Assembly: GCF_006345805.1 (NCBI RefSeq)
Contig: NC_042997.1
Span: 168,144,001 to 168,208,000, forward strand
Direction of reading: 5' to 3'
DNA: 64,000 nucleotides
Origin: Octopus sinensis
Lineage: Eukaryota
Part shown: positions 50,451-63,439 of the stretch, piece by piece
Layout of the letters: every line of letters begins with the position of its first letter
Numbering within the stretch: position 1 is the first letter of the stretch
The notes under the pieces: generated by a model
The model's database searches: none
Seen by the model: only the letters and a program-made list of their open reading frames with translations
Told to the model about the DNA's origin: nothing
Translations under genes and position numbers: made by a program

Positions 50451-53400
50451 TTTCTAAGTCATGCTAATCATTAGGCTTAAATCACTTATTTGTTAGAAGT
50501 AATTTTGGTCATGGTTGGATTCATAATTAACATCTGCATTCTGTATTTCTGAAATGGTGTTCATTGATGGTTATACATCAACAAAAATTAGCTTTGATTG
50601 AAGTTACCTGTGTCATACTTGCTTCTTCTACTTGTGAAAAAGTCTCATTTTCATTTACAACAATCAAATGAATAGCACAAATGTATAGTGAAAAGGGGGT
50701 CAGTGCAAGTATGTTCTGTAGCTTCACAACAGTTTTCACCTTAAATGCTAGCCATGTCAATTCATTTGATAGCACTTAACACTTCATGTTGTAAAAGATA
50801 GCTATAATATTGATTGGATGCTTTTACATTATTTTGAATTATGGCAAAAAATTTCAATGGAAGGCTAAGTTTCTGAAATATTTTCCACAGTATTTTATAC
50901 ATATCCTATGGAAAGATATTACCAGATCATAAAACAAGAGCTGTAGGGGCTTGTGCTTTTTGGCTTTTTCTTGCAGTTGACACATAGCAAAAATTATGTC
51001 TACAAAATCTGCTCTGTGACTCAGAGAAAAGTTTCAATAATTAGGTGGCAACCTACTAATAGGCAAGTTAAAATATGGATTCTGATTATTAACAGAGATA
51101 TTATTTTTTAGTATTAACAATTGGCCTTTGATTTCCAGATACATTTGAGAAGGCTACATGCAGCATTTTTTCATTAGTGCTATATTTGGCAGCAGCCAAA
51201 TATGTTTCATGTTTTAACCATTGCCTTAGTTGTGTTGTGATGACATATATTTCTACTGCTGCTCTACTCACCAATATTTAATACTAGTAATAATGATATA
51301 GATGGTTATGATATTGGCTTTCAATATTATTTTGGTATTTTATTCTGATTTCAAATCCTGCCTATGTTAAATTTGTTGTTTGTTTGAGTTTTGCTAAAAA
51401 TAACTACCATTAATATACTGGATTTAATTTAAATGATAATACATCCTCTTAACCAAAAATGACTGTTTAGTTCAAAGAAAACAATATTTTAACATTAAAA
51501 ACTATCATTCTTCTTGATTCATTTTGATTTTTGTGGTGTACTAAAAGATTCAACAATTAGTTTTAATTTTTTTATATTATTAATGCATAATAACCAAAGA
51601 TATTTTCTGTCTGGTGCAACAGTGAAGATTATTCATAAGATTTTTATGATGGAAAGTTCTAACATCACTTTTCTGTACTTCAGTATATGAAAAGTCATGT
51701 TTTACTGAAAATTCACTATTGTTGCCTCCTATTTTAATTGTTCTAGATGAGACAACTCTAGATTTCTTATCTCTGGAAATTAACAATTTTATAATCTGCT
51801 CTCCCTTTTGGAAAAAAAAAATCCATTAAGCTGGTCAACTCATTGAAATCCACTCAGTCTTCCATGTAGCTGGATGTCTTGGGTCTAGTGAGGCTGATGA
51901 AAGTCTATATTGATGTAGAATTTGATACTTGTACTAGTTTTTTCAGGATTTGTCATATGGTTATTGAAATATATTTTTTCAGATAACATGTTTATGTTAT
52001 CAAGAATCTTTATAATGTGAATGAAATCTCAATCTGAAGTTGTTGCTTGTAAAGCAAACATTTCTAAAAGTTTTGGTAAATCTGTGATATGTGTCAAAAG
52101 AAGTAATGATCTTTGTAGCTTATTTTTCTGGGGTTTAAAATTTTTTTTTTTATGCTGATTAGATACATCCTCAGAAATGTGCTTATGAGTAAGGATTTCA
52201 AAAAATGAAAAAAAGAAACATATTCATTAATTATGATGTAGAAAAAATTACTTAGTAAACCTTGCAACTCTATTGAGAGTTCAGACCCCTTGGCATGAAG
52301 AGGCCATCTTTCAGTGAAAATTGAATTATTCAATTCTAATATTAAAGTTCATTCCTTAGAACATGGTCTCCATTTATAAGTTATAAAGTAATGATTAAGG
52401 TAGCGCCAACTGGTTTAAGTTATTTACATATCTTGATTTGGTTCATTTGGCTCTATTTTAAATTTTACTCATTATATTTTCAATCTTGCTTGTGCTGACT
52501 TCTAAATCTTGGATTAAATTTTTTATTCTTTAAAATTTAGTATTGTTTCTATGGCAATGTGTTGTGAATTTTGTTTTACATTGTTATTTACGTTGTTAAA
52601 TTTATCTCAACTTCGTTTTTGAAACTGTTGTACTTTAATTGCACATGAGCTTTTCTTGCAAAGTAATCAAGGGGAGTCAATCAAATTTTTCTTCAAATAT
52701 TTTGGTGAATGTTGTCGAGATTTACTGATGATCTTTCCAATGATCAGAGTGATCTCACACCTTTTAATCTAAGCACTGATGAGCTCCAGGTGAGCCCAAT
52801 TTTCAACCTAATTTTAGTTCCTAGTTTTTGTAATTTTGCTTCTTCACTTACGTTGTTGTTACACTGAAGCTGCTCCCTCTTAAATATAATGAAGGTAATG
52901 TAAAAAGAAAACATTTCATCATTTGATGCATGTAACATATTTGAAAATCATGTCCTGAAACACGTGGAATATTATTCATTTCAATCTTGGTTTAGTGCAG
53001 TTTAAATTGGTTTGACTTTTTAATAGAGTTGTAAGGACCAAATGTTTTATATAATTTAATTTTACCGTTACATTGTGTTCAAATCTTACAAGGGCCCACT
53101 TTTTCTCTCATCTTTCAATGAGAGGAGAAAAAAAATAGTAGTTGAATTCTTTATCTCTTCCCTCCCACAAACATTTGTAACTTTGTGCCATTAGAAATAT
53201 TGATGCAACGTCACAAATGGATGTGACCTTCTGTATCTAGAATATTTCTAGACACAATCTAGATTTCTAGAGGTTGGGGATTAGAAGAATTCATAGAGTT
53301 AGAAAAAGGTCCTTTGGTATTTAGTTATATCACTTTGTTCTGAATTCAAATCCTTCAAAAGTCAAAGCAAGTACTAATAGCAAACTAGGGTTGATTTAAT

Positions 53401-53599
53401 TGACTGTGTTGTTTCCAAAAATTTGTAGCTTTACGCTAATGTTAAAAATTGATACTTCTGGTTAAAATTTTTACTGTTGGTGTATTTAAACATTTTAAAA
53501 ATTAGTTTATCATTTCACTCTACTATAAGTGTATTGGTGGATTTTGCTACATTTGAGACTAGAACTTGCCTTTTGTTCAATATTTCTAGCACCAATTTC

Positions 53600-53795
53600 A
53601 GGCAATGAGCTGGCAGAATCATTAGCAAGTTAGACAAAATGCTGCTAAGCATTTTATCTATCTGAGTTCAAATTCTGTCACGATCGACTTTGCCTTTCAT
53701 CCTTTTGTGGCCAATAAAATAAGTACCAGTTGAGCTCTGGGGTCGGTGTAACTGACTTACCTCTCTCCTGAAATTGCTGGCTTTGTGCTAAAATT
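53600..53795 (+). mobile_element. tRNA-derived SINE family B (also ~20190-20400, 37505-37650, 39625-39825, 41435-41630, 46165-46370 on +; 29110-29290, 43285-43490 on -)
   Basis: Shared GAGTTCAAAT B-box-like motif and GACTTTGCCTTTCATCC...AATAAGTACCAGTT core. Confidence 0.75.
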
Positions 53796-55537
53796 TGAAA
53801 CTAATGTTTCTAGCTCTGGCCATTGTTTAAACAGTGAAAAAGTTATGTATAATTTCATAGAAACTGAGTTGATTTTTCAGTTTACTAAAGACATTGAAAA
53901 TTTGCTCAAGAGAAATATTTCAATGAAAATTTGCTCAAAGAGAAACTATTTAAATTTTCAATTTTTAATTTATTTAAAATAAAAAAGATAATATTGTTAT
54001 TTTTGTTATTGTTTATCATTGAGAGACATTTTACATTAATATATACTGCTAATGAAATCTTTTTTTAATTTTATTTCTTATTGAAGTTTTCAAAATTTTA
54101 AAAATCATTCGTTAACACTAAATCATTTGTTGGCACACATATTTTTTATATTTTCTTATCTCTCGGAAATAAAACAAGTACAATTTTGATCTGTGTATTA
54201 TTAAAAATAAAAGAGTAACACTTGGAAATCCAGTTTTTTCAGTTTTATTAAAATATATGAATCAAAAAATTTGTCATTGTAAAACTGTATGTTATTGGAA
54301 AAGTATGAAAAGAACGAATGAAAGAAATATCCCAAATTCTAGGATTCACATTTGTGGATGGATGGTGATATAAGAAATAGTTGTTTGTAAATCACAGTAA
54401 TAACTTATTGGAAACAGTGAATTTAAATTTATAAGGAGTAAAACCTACTGCAACTTTGTGATTAGGGAATCCTGTTTTTTGTAATTCAAAATGAAATCAA
54501 AATATTTGATATCATTTAGCTACTGTGAAAAACTTATTTCTCTCTTCTTTGAAGCAGATTTAAATGTTAGATTTATACTTGTAAAATACCTGTTCAGAAT
54601 TCACTAAACATTAATTATATATATATATGTATAAAAAAAATATTTTGGCTAATTAATTTGATGTTGCCTTACTTTAAAACTAATTAACCAAACATTTACA
54701 AGTGTCAATTTTTGAGTGGGTATTGTATTCAGTACGTCTCGTAATTCAGAGATTGACTGAAAAAAATGTATAAATTGATAAATATGATTCAAAAATCTTT
54801 ATTTTAAAAATCTCAATTCCCAAGAAATGATTAATATTTAGGAGCATTCTAATCCTTCCTAATCACTATCTTTATGTCAGCAGCTAGTTTATAATAATCA
54901 AAATCTCCAATATGGAGCACCAACTTAGATATAGTAACTTCATCTTTCGTGTATTCAAAGCTGAAATTAGACTTCAGATGGTTTTGTCTTTCTCCACTTC
55001 TAGTACTGATGAAATCAGTCATAGTAAGACACTGAGGTTGATTATAACAATCACATACCCGTTTCAAAATTGATATTTATACCTAAAGCAAAGATTTTTT
55101 TTTTTATTTTAAAAATGATTAAAATGTCAGTACTGTTAGTCTGCTTTTGTTGCTTGCTCTAAAAGTTAGGAATTTTAAAATCTAGCAATATACAAGGTGT
55201 AATCTCTTAAGAATTTTAAAAGTAATTGAGTATTCAGATCTTTTAGAAGCTATAACTATAAAGTCCACATACATCATCAATTGATGCTTCCTAAATAACT
55301 TCACCTGTGTTACTGTTCTTAAAAATAGGTTTGTTCTTCATAGATAAAATAGTTTAAATAAAATTGGTTATAACATATATGTAATTTTATTTCCCTTCAA
55401 ATATTTAATGTGTGATAAAACATCAGCAAAGCAGATCTACAAGTTATAGCTTGTTCTTTTATACTAAAAGTCTTCTGTTGCTAGACTCTTATTGAAGAGG
55501 AACTTTTTCTTCACCTGTTCAATAAATATCCATAATA

Positions 55538-56304
55538 TCAAGATTTTAAAATGACATGATTTGCAGTAACAAAAATTAAACAAAACGCTGACCAAACCAT
55601 TACAAACCACACCCAATATTTACTTTTGAACATGGACTTTTTGTTATTAGGTAAAGGGTTAAATGTTAGAAATTCTTCTTTGCGAGCAAAATATACTAAC
55701 AAGGCTGGAACGATATACTGAATTCCACTGCCAGCATAGGAACCTGTAATTCCAACAAGGAATTCTACTTCATCTGTGATGATAGCTATAATCAAAGGAG
55801 GTATGATAGCAAGCAATGGGAAGAAGATTCTATCTATAAACCAATGGTATGGTTTCTCGGGATTATAAAACAATGTTTTCAAATTGTTCCGAAGTGTAAC
55901 AGCTATAATTGGAAAATTTGTACTGAGTGTAAAAACAGGAAAAAGAAGGAGGAAATATTGGAGAAATTTACTGTCAGTTATTAACTGTTGTGAATCACTG
56001 TTTGAATTTGGGAAGAAATTTAATGTGTAGACATCATTAATTTCATCAAATGCAAAAATGGCTGTAAATGACAGCAAGGCATAGAAAAGTAAAATTAAGA
56101 AGTAGTCTGCTGCTAGAAGATTGAAAATCTGGTTTTTGTTCTTGATTGGTGTCACTAATGATGGAAGGGAGTGATGACACATGAATGAGTATACACATAC
56201 ACCAAACAGATTTGGGATTCCGGAAAAGTTAAAAACTGGTGGATGGCCTTTTCCTTCACCGTGGCTTAATCGAATAGCAGTCAGTACAACCATAATAGTA
56301 AATG
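55538..56304 (-). CDS. TMEM104: TMEM104 (amino-acid transporter-like membrane protein), terminal coding exon
   Basis: Acceptor ttgttttgcag at 56305; contains LFGVCVYSFMCHHSLPSLVTP, FPVFTLSTNFPIIAVTLRNN and LVGITGSYAG.GIQY, recalled TMEM104 motifs; stop at 55538-55540. Confidence 0.93.
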
Positions 56305-56726
56305 CTGCAAAACAATTAAAAGAAATAAAAACAAATTAGAAGGAAAATGATATTTTTAAATAGACTGAAAGGAATACTTCAATGCTTACTATCATTGTTA
56401 AACAACTGATTTTCTATGCCTGCATGGGTTTGATGGGCATTTTTTAGGCAGGGTCTCATGGCCAGATTCTTCTTTGTAGTAAACATTTTCAGTTACCTCT
56501 TACAATATGCAGAGACAGTGTACTTATTCTAAAATGGAGATACACATGCTAAACAATTCTAAGCTATTAAGTTATGCTTATGTAATATAGCTTCACAAAA
56601 TCCTAGTGTCTAAAATGTCAAAATAGAAAATTCATTCATTTTCATAATTATACAAGTTTTATATTTTTAAGCAGAGAATATTTTATTTTTAAAATAGGTT
56701 TATAATATTCTTAGCAGATGAGTATA

Positions 56727-56891
56727 GGCGTATGAGTGGCTGTGTGGTAAGTAGCTTGCTTACTAACTACATGGTTCTGGGTTCAGTCCCACTTTGTGGC
56801 ACCTTTGGCAAGTGTCTTCTACCATAGCCTCGGGCCGACCAAAGCCTTGTGAGTGGATTTAGTAGACAGAAAATGAAAGAATCCAATCGTG

Positions 56892-56924
<33 letters not shown>

Positions 56925-57130
56925 ATGTTTGTGTGTCTGTGTTTGTCCCTGCAACATCGCTTGACAACTGATGCTGGTGTGTTTACATCCCCGTGACATA
57001 GCAGTTCGGCAAAAGCGACCAATAGAATAAGCCCTAGGCTTACAAAGAATAAGTCCTGGGGTTGATTTGCTCGACTAAAGGCGGTGCTCCAGCATGGCCA
57101 CAGTCAAATGACTAAAACAAGTAAAGAGTA
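56727..57130 (+). mobile_element. tRNA/CORE-type SINE family A, full-length
   Basis: tRNA-like head, GGCACCTTTGGCAAGTGTCTT core-like segment, internal (TA)/(TG) tract, AAGAGTA tail. Confidence 0.8.
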
Positions 57131-57325
57131 TTTGTATACCAAATGGAGATAATTTTGAGTAACTTTAATTTAGAATGTAGTTCAGTGAAATACGAGTCAT
57201 ATATAATCATAGCAAATACTAAACAAGAAACACTGAAGTGACAGTCATCATCATCTTTGGTTTGATCTTTTTTTTTTCACACAAGCAAGAGTTGGACAAA
57301 GCTGAAGTACATGATCTTCCAGATA

Positions 57326-57717
57326 TACTCTTTTACTTGTTTCAGTCATTTGACTGCGGCCATGCTGGAGCACCACCTTTAGTCGAGCAAATCAACCACA
57401 GGACTTATTCATTGTAAGCCTAGTACTTTATTCTATCTGTCTCTTTTGCTGAACTGCTAAGTTACGGGGTCGTAAACACACCAGCATTGGTTGTCGAGCG
57501 ATGTTACGGGGACAAAGCAGACACACAAACACATACACACACATATATACATATATACGACGGGCTTCTTTCAGTTTCCGTCTACCAAATCCACTCACAA
57601 GGCTTTGGTCAGCCCGAGGCTATAGTAGAAGACACTTGCCCAAAGTTCCACACAGTGGGACTGAACCCAGAACCATGTGGTTGGTAAGTAAGCTACTTAC
57701 CACACAGCCACTCCTGC
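57326..57717 (-). mobile_element. SINE family A, inverted copy
   Basis: Reverse complement of 56727-57130. Confidence 0.8.
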
Positions 57718-59254
57718 ATTATTCGTTGTCTGACCTATGAAACTTGCTTTTGTAATATATTTCACAATCATGAGGCTGCATGGCCTAGAGGTTAGGGTGT
57801 TTCACTTACCATGATGAGATCATGGGTCTAGTTCTTGGACTGAGTGACACATTGTGTTCTTGAGCAAAACACCTCCTCTCACAATGTTCTGCGATCACTT
57901 CAACACCTGACATGTGGTAAACTGTGCACCTGCTCAGGTAACATCAATTTACTGGAGGTAGCAAGCTAATGTACAATATATACATTTGATCACTGTAAAC
58001 AAATCTTTTGTGCAGGTTGTTCAGCAAGAAATTACAGAACTGTCTTTCTCAAACTACAAGAGACTGTCATCTTGTATCTAATGATCTCATGTTATATTCT
58101 ATCCTAAATTTAGATGGTTCTTCAAAATTTTTAGGTTTTTAAAATGTTAATTTCAGTATCACACTAGAGAAATCATTTAGCCCAGGTCAGTCCTAACCAA
58201 ACATACACACTGACCATTTTCAGGGGTATGATGAACTATATGTGTCCTAAATCATGTAAAAGATTCTTTGTTTGCTCAAAATTATGGGAGTGATACTCTA
58301 TTGTGCTTGACAAAATTACAGGGCTTTAGTCATTGAAATACTGAGCTCAGAGTTAGAAATTTTCAGATACTTTTCACTCCTTAACTTCCTACATAGAGGT
58401 GTCATCTTCATGCAACCTAGACACCTAACTCTGATCCTGCACTGCTTCTTTAAATAGTGATCTTGTAAACATTCTTCGATGGTAACATGATAATCTAGTA
58501 TCTTTGAACAACACACAGATAGCACCTAATGAAAATCCTCATATTCTCTACAAGTAGTAGCCTTTGAAACATTGGAGTCTTGTTCATATATATAGGACAG
58601 TGCTGCTGCCATATACCCAAGCATTCATGATCTCATTAAAATAAAGATCTGGTTAATTGTCAAAGATTCATTCATTAACAGATGCTTAGGTTCAGAGATG
58701 AACATTTGGAAATGAGCTCTCACTATGGAAGCTCCTCACCAGAGATGCATACCTTTTGAATTATCTCCTCACCCATGTATTCCAATCAGGTTTCAACATA
58801 CAGATGTTCTATCTGTACAGCAACTACTTTAACCTCACCAGTTTTAAGCCAGCAAAAGTGTCACTCTGTGATTGCTCAATGTACTATAGAAATAGCAGCA
58901 AAATCTCCCTTAAATCACATCATACCATCAGATATGGTCTCTTATATTTTCTGTACACAGGGAAAAGACAGGATAGTTACAGCTGGGTGTCTCTGATCAT
59001 AGGCCTGTTCAATCAGAATTGATCTGAGGCTAAAAATAAAAAGCAACAACAACCCCATTAATCTGGGATTCAATAAATAGGTGCTGCCATTTATTCTCTA
59101 AATAACAGAACAGAAAAGTATTCAACATCCATCTGAAATAATATATGATTGGTGTCAGCTCCAAAACTCATGGCCTTTGTAGATGGATTACAGTTGTTTA
59201 ACATTTTACAAGAAATATTACAACAGATCAAAATGAATGAAAAAATAATCTTAC

Positions 59255-59348
59255 CTGTCCATCGAAAGACTGAGGTAAAAATCTGAAGATATCCAGTTTT
59301 TTGAACATTAAAAAAGGTAAATGGACCCAAAACTAAAGCAAATACAAC
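59255..59348 (-). CDS. TMEM104: TMEM104 penultimate coding exon
   Basis: tatttcag acceptor, GTAAGA donor; VVFALVLGPFTFFNVQKTGYLQIFTSVFRWT (human LGPFTFFDVQKTKYLQILTSLMRW); 94 nt, phase 0 to 1, joins the last exon in frame. Confidence 0.93.
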
Positions 59349-59445
59349 CTGAAATACACAAAAATCATATATTTAGGATAACAGAGATGATATTTTTGCT
59401 TCTCTAAAAATTTCAGGCCATTGCTTTTATGGAAGCAATACATAT

Positions 59446-59839
59446 TACTCTCTTTACTCTTTACTTGTTTCAGTCATTTGACTACGGCCATGCTGGAGCA
59501 CCGCCTTTAGTCGAGCAAATCGACCCCGGGACTTATTCTTTGTAAGCCCAGTACTTATTCTATCGATCTCTTTTGCCGAACCGCTAAGTGACGGGGACAT
59601 AAACATACTAGCCCTAGGGGGACAAACACAGACACACAAACATATACACACACACTTATATATATATACATATATACGACAGGCTTCTTTCAGTTTCCGT
59701 CTACCAAATCCACTCACAAGGCATTGGTCGGCCCGGGGCTATAGCAGAAGACACTTGCCCAAGATGCCACGCAGTGGGACTGAACCCAGAACCATGTGGT
59801 TGGTTAGCAAGCTACTTACCACACAGCCACTCCTGCGCC
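59446..59839 (-). mobile_element. SINE family A copy
   Basis: Reverse complement of 56727-57130; further partial or older copies at ~10620-10800, 26005-26200 and 62835-63258. Confidence 0.8.
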
Positions 59840-60114
59840 TATTACTGTTTAGAAAGAATATTTTTGCAGTTGTACATGTGACCAGTTTTGATATATTTAT
59901 ATTGTAGTTGTTTTAAATGTTTTCACTAATGTCTTTCAAAAAAAAAACCCTGTAATTTAGTAGTTCAACTAAAGTGCCTGAAAGAATAAGGACCAGACTT
60001 TAAAATAATGAAGAAGTACTGGGATTGATTTGTTCAACTAAAACCCTTCAAGGTAGTGCCCCAGCATGACCACAGTCTAATGACTGAAATGAGTAAAAGA
60101 ATAAAAAAAAAATA

Positions 60115-60277
60115 TTAGAATAATGTTAGGAACATTATTTACCAGGTGTGTATTGCTAGTTCATAAGATTTGCCACAAGACCTCATTTATATTTCTCTTC
60201 TCTAAATGAGGTCTTGTGGCAAATTTTATGAACTAGAAATACACACTTGATAAATAATGTTCCTAACATTATTCTAA
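60115..60277. repeat. Inverted repeat, 75 bp arms, 13 nt loop, in a TMEM104 intron
   Basis: Arms 60115-60189 and 60203-60277 differ at four positions. Confidence 0.9.
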
Positions 60278-60458
60278 CGATTGATTATAGTCATTTCATT
60301 TATATTGAAAAATGTACAAACACTCCACAGTTACATATTCTCCTCTCTCATATAAAATATAAGGTCTTGTAGTTAAATAAGAAAATAATATAAATGATGA
60401 AAAGTTACATCATTTTAAAAACCTTCATTGGAAAAAGGTGAGAAAAAAAAGTACGTAC

Positions 60459-60558
60459 AATAAAAATACGGTAAGCATTCTTCCGAGAGATATCAGATCC
60501 TGGCCAGCAGATGTCATCATCATTTGCAGTTCTATTAGTGTCTGTTAAGTTGGTGGTG
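60459..60558 (-). CDS. TMEM104: TMEM104 internal coding exon
   Basis: atttcag acceptor, GTACGT donor; TTNLTDTNRTANDDDICWPGSDISRKNAYRIFI aligns with the D.CWG..R.DAYRIY region; 100 nt, ends phase 0. Confidence 0.85.
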
Positions 60559-63439
60559 CTGAAATATTAATTACAAAAATATAATAAAAACCTTTTGTGA
60601 ATTTTAACATACACACACACTACAGACATGGTTCTGTGGTTAAGGAGTTTGCTTTGCTACAACATGGTTATAGGTTTGATTTCATTGGATGGCACTTGGA
60701 ACAAGTGCATTACTCTTAGATTAATCAGAATTTTATGAGGAAAATTTGGTATCTGCTTTAATCAGAATCATCATATTAAAAAAAAAAGTCAAGTGAGTAA
60801 AAATGCTAATTCTTTCTTTCATCTCAAGCAAGTATGAAAGATAAAAAAAAGCAACAAAATTAAAATGTCACCATCAATTTCTAACAATTCTTGACTTTGT
60901 AAAATTTTAAACAGGCATAAGAGAAATATAGACCTTCTGTTGGGGCAAGTGAAATTGAAACTGAACCAAATTCGATGACTGGCACCCGTGCCAGTGGAGC
61001 ACTAACAGCTCCATCCAAGCAGGATCATTGCCAGAGCAGCTGCCTGGCTTCCGTGCTGGTGGCAAGTAAAAGGCACCATTTGAGTGTGATCGTTACCAGT
61101 GTCGCCTACCTGGCACGTGAACAAAACATTTGAGCGAGGCCGTTGCCAGTGTCGCTGGACTGACTCCTGTGCAGGTGGCACGTAAAAAACACCATTTGAG
61201 CATGGCCGTTGCCAGTACCGCCAGATTGGCCCTCGTGCTGGTGTCACGTGAAAGCACCCACTACACTCTCGGAGTGGTTGGCGTTAAGAAGGGCATCCAG
61301 CTGTAGAAACTCTGCCAGATTAGATTGGAGCCTGGTGCAGCCATCTGGTTCGCCAGTCCTCAGTCAAATCGTCCAACCCATGCTAGCATGGAAAGCAGAT
61401 GTTAAATGATGATGATGATGAATTTATAATCATCAGTGGTTTAAAAATGAGAAGCACCAATTTAGGTCCTCTCTGAAAATATTTAGCAATATCAACCAGG
61501 TTTAACCCTTTAGCATTCAGCATACTGTCAAATGTTATGCTTATTTATTCACATTATTTTGGATTACTCATACATTATCTTTTTGTGTTGAGATTTCAAT
61601 GAAGTGCTTAATTACTTTTTAATATGACATCATAGGATAAGGTGAGAGAGCTGCATATGACCAGACTGTACATAAAACAGGTATAACATTTGAACTGGAT
61701 ATGGCCGGTTTAAATACTAAAGGATTAAAGAAACTCTTTATATATCAGCAATGTTAACTGGGCTATATGTTTACTTCTGTTATGCAGAGGTAAGATATCC
61801 ACTATTAATAAAAGCACTTCTCTGTAATGTATTAAATGTTCTCTCTGTACTTCTGCTTGAAACAGAATGACTAATTCTCAACAATAAAAACAACAACAAC
61901 AGTATGGCTCTTTCTGTGACACCACAATAGTCATCAGCAAGCTTTCCACATGTGACTATCACCTTCCAACACTACTAAGTTCAAATAGTCATTAATTTTC
62001 TATTTGACCTGACAATAATCTAAAACAAACAGACTCTCTTTGCTCTGGAATGATTTATAACAATGATCAACTGTCAAACTATCACTACTTTGATTTAAAC
62101 ACCAGCAAATAAGTTACCAAAGGCAACAGTAGTTATAAAATGTACCAATTTTTCAACTTGAAAATACAGCATAATTTCAGTATTTCTTGTTTTGAACTAT
62201 TTTTTCTCTAATGATTTTTTTTTTGCTTATGCACAAGGTTATTTTAGTAACCTATACTAGGCTATTACTGCTACATAGTATATAAAAACTGGTAGAATTC
62301 AAATGCAAAATTCTAAGTTATTAAATTAGCTAAACAACAACAACAATAACAACAGCAGCAGCAGCAGCAACAACAACATCATCATCATCACCATCACCAT
62401 CCTCCTCTTCGTCATCATCGATTAACGTCTGTTTTCCATGCTGGCATGGGTTGGACGGTTTGACTGAGGTCTGGAGAGCAAGTAGCTGCACCAGGCTCCA
62501 GTCTGGTCTGGTCTGGCAGAGTTTCTACAGCTGGATGTCCTTCCTAATGCCAACCACTCCGAGAGTGTAGTGGGTGCTTTTTACATGCCAACGACACTGG
62601 AGCCAGTAAGGCGAGCCTGGTAATGAACATATTCAGATGGTACTTTTTAAGTGTCACCTGCACAGGAGCCAGTCAGTGGGGTACTGATATCAGTCACAAT
62701 CGGTTGGTGTTTTTTATATGCCACAGGCACAGTAGCCAGTCAGGCAGATCTGGCTTCAACCACATTATATATACAAGCACATTTTTGAAGATATCAACTA
62801 GATTTCAGCATCCAGAGGTTGCCATTAATTCTTAGGCACAAGCATAGCTGTGTGGTTAAGAAGTTTGTTTTGCAATCATGTAGATCAGGGTTCAATCCCA
62901 CTGCGCAGCACTTAGGGCAAGTATCTTCTGGTACAGACACTCACCCCAGGCCAACCAATGCTTTGTGAGCGAATTTGGTAGGTGGAAACTGTGTGGAATC
63001 CCATTGCATAGACAGACAGACAAACAAGTATGTGTGTGTGCATCTGTGTTTGTCACCTCACCATCCACAAATCACTTGACAACTGGTGTTAGTTTGTTTA
63101 TATCTCTGTAACTTGGCAGTTTTGCAAAAGAGACTGATAGAATAAGCACCAGATTTAAAAAATAAGTACTTGGCTTAATTAGTTTGACTGAACCCTTTGA
63201 AGTAGTGCCCCAGCTTGGCCACAATCCAATGACTGAAACAAATAAAAGATAAAAGATAAAGGTAACTGAATTAACTTTAGTGTATTACTGGTACTTTAGT
63301 GACCCACATGGAATGGGTGGAGAAATTGTTTCTAGGGACAAGATTACACACTAAAAGGCATTAGTCCAATATTTTGTTCATCCCTTATGTTAACTCTTCA
63401 CTTTATGCTTTAATCATTACAAAGCACTTGATGTTACAT

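Noticed and set aside
51890-52082. Frame with a single in-frame TGA (selenoprotein idea)
   Set aside because: No homology, no Sec-type context and no SECIS seen; expected by chance.
52775-52800. Hammerhead-like CTGATGA-GCTC..GAGC
   Set aside because: Followed by CCAA instead of GAAA; no stem I or III.
54849-55067. 72-aa minus-strand ORF downstream of TMEM104
   Set aside because: TTG start, no recognisable homology, and the nearby acceptor leads to a stop in this frame.
61780-61962. Possible upstream TMEM104 exon (VTCGKLADDYCG)
   Set aside because: No convincing splice sites or phase-2 end, and the YLYGDLAIY motif expected in that exon is absent.
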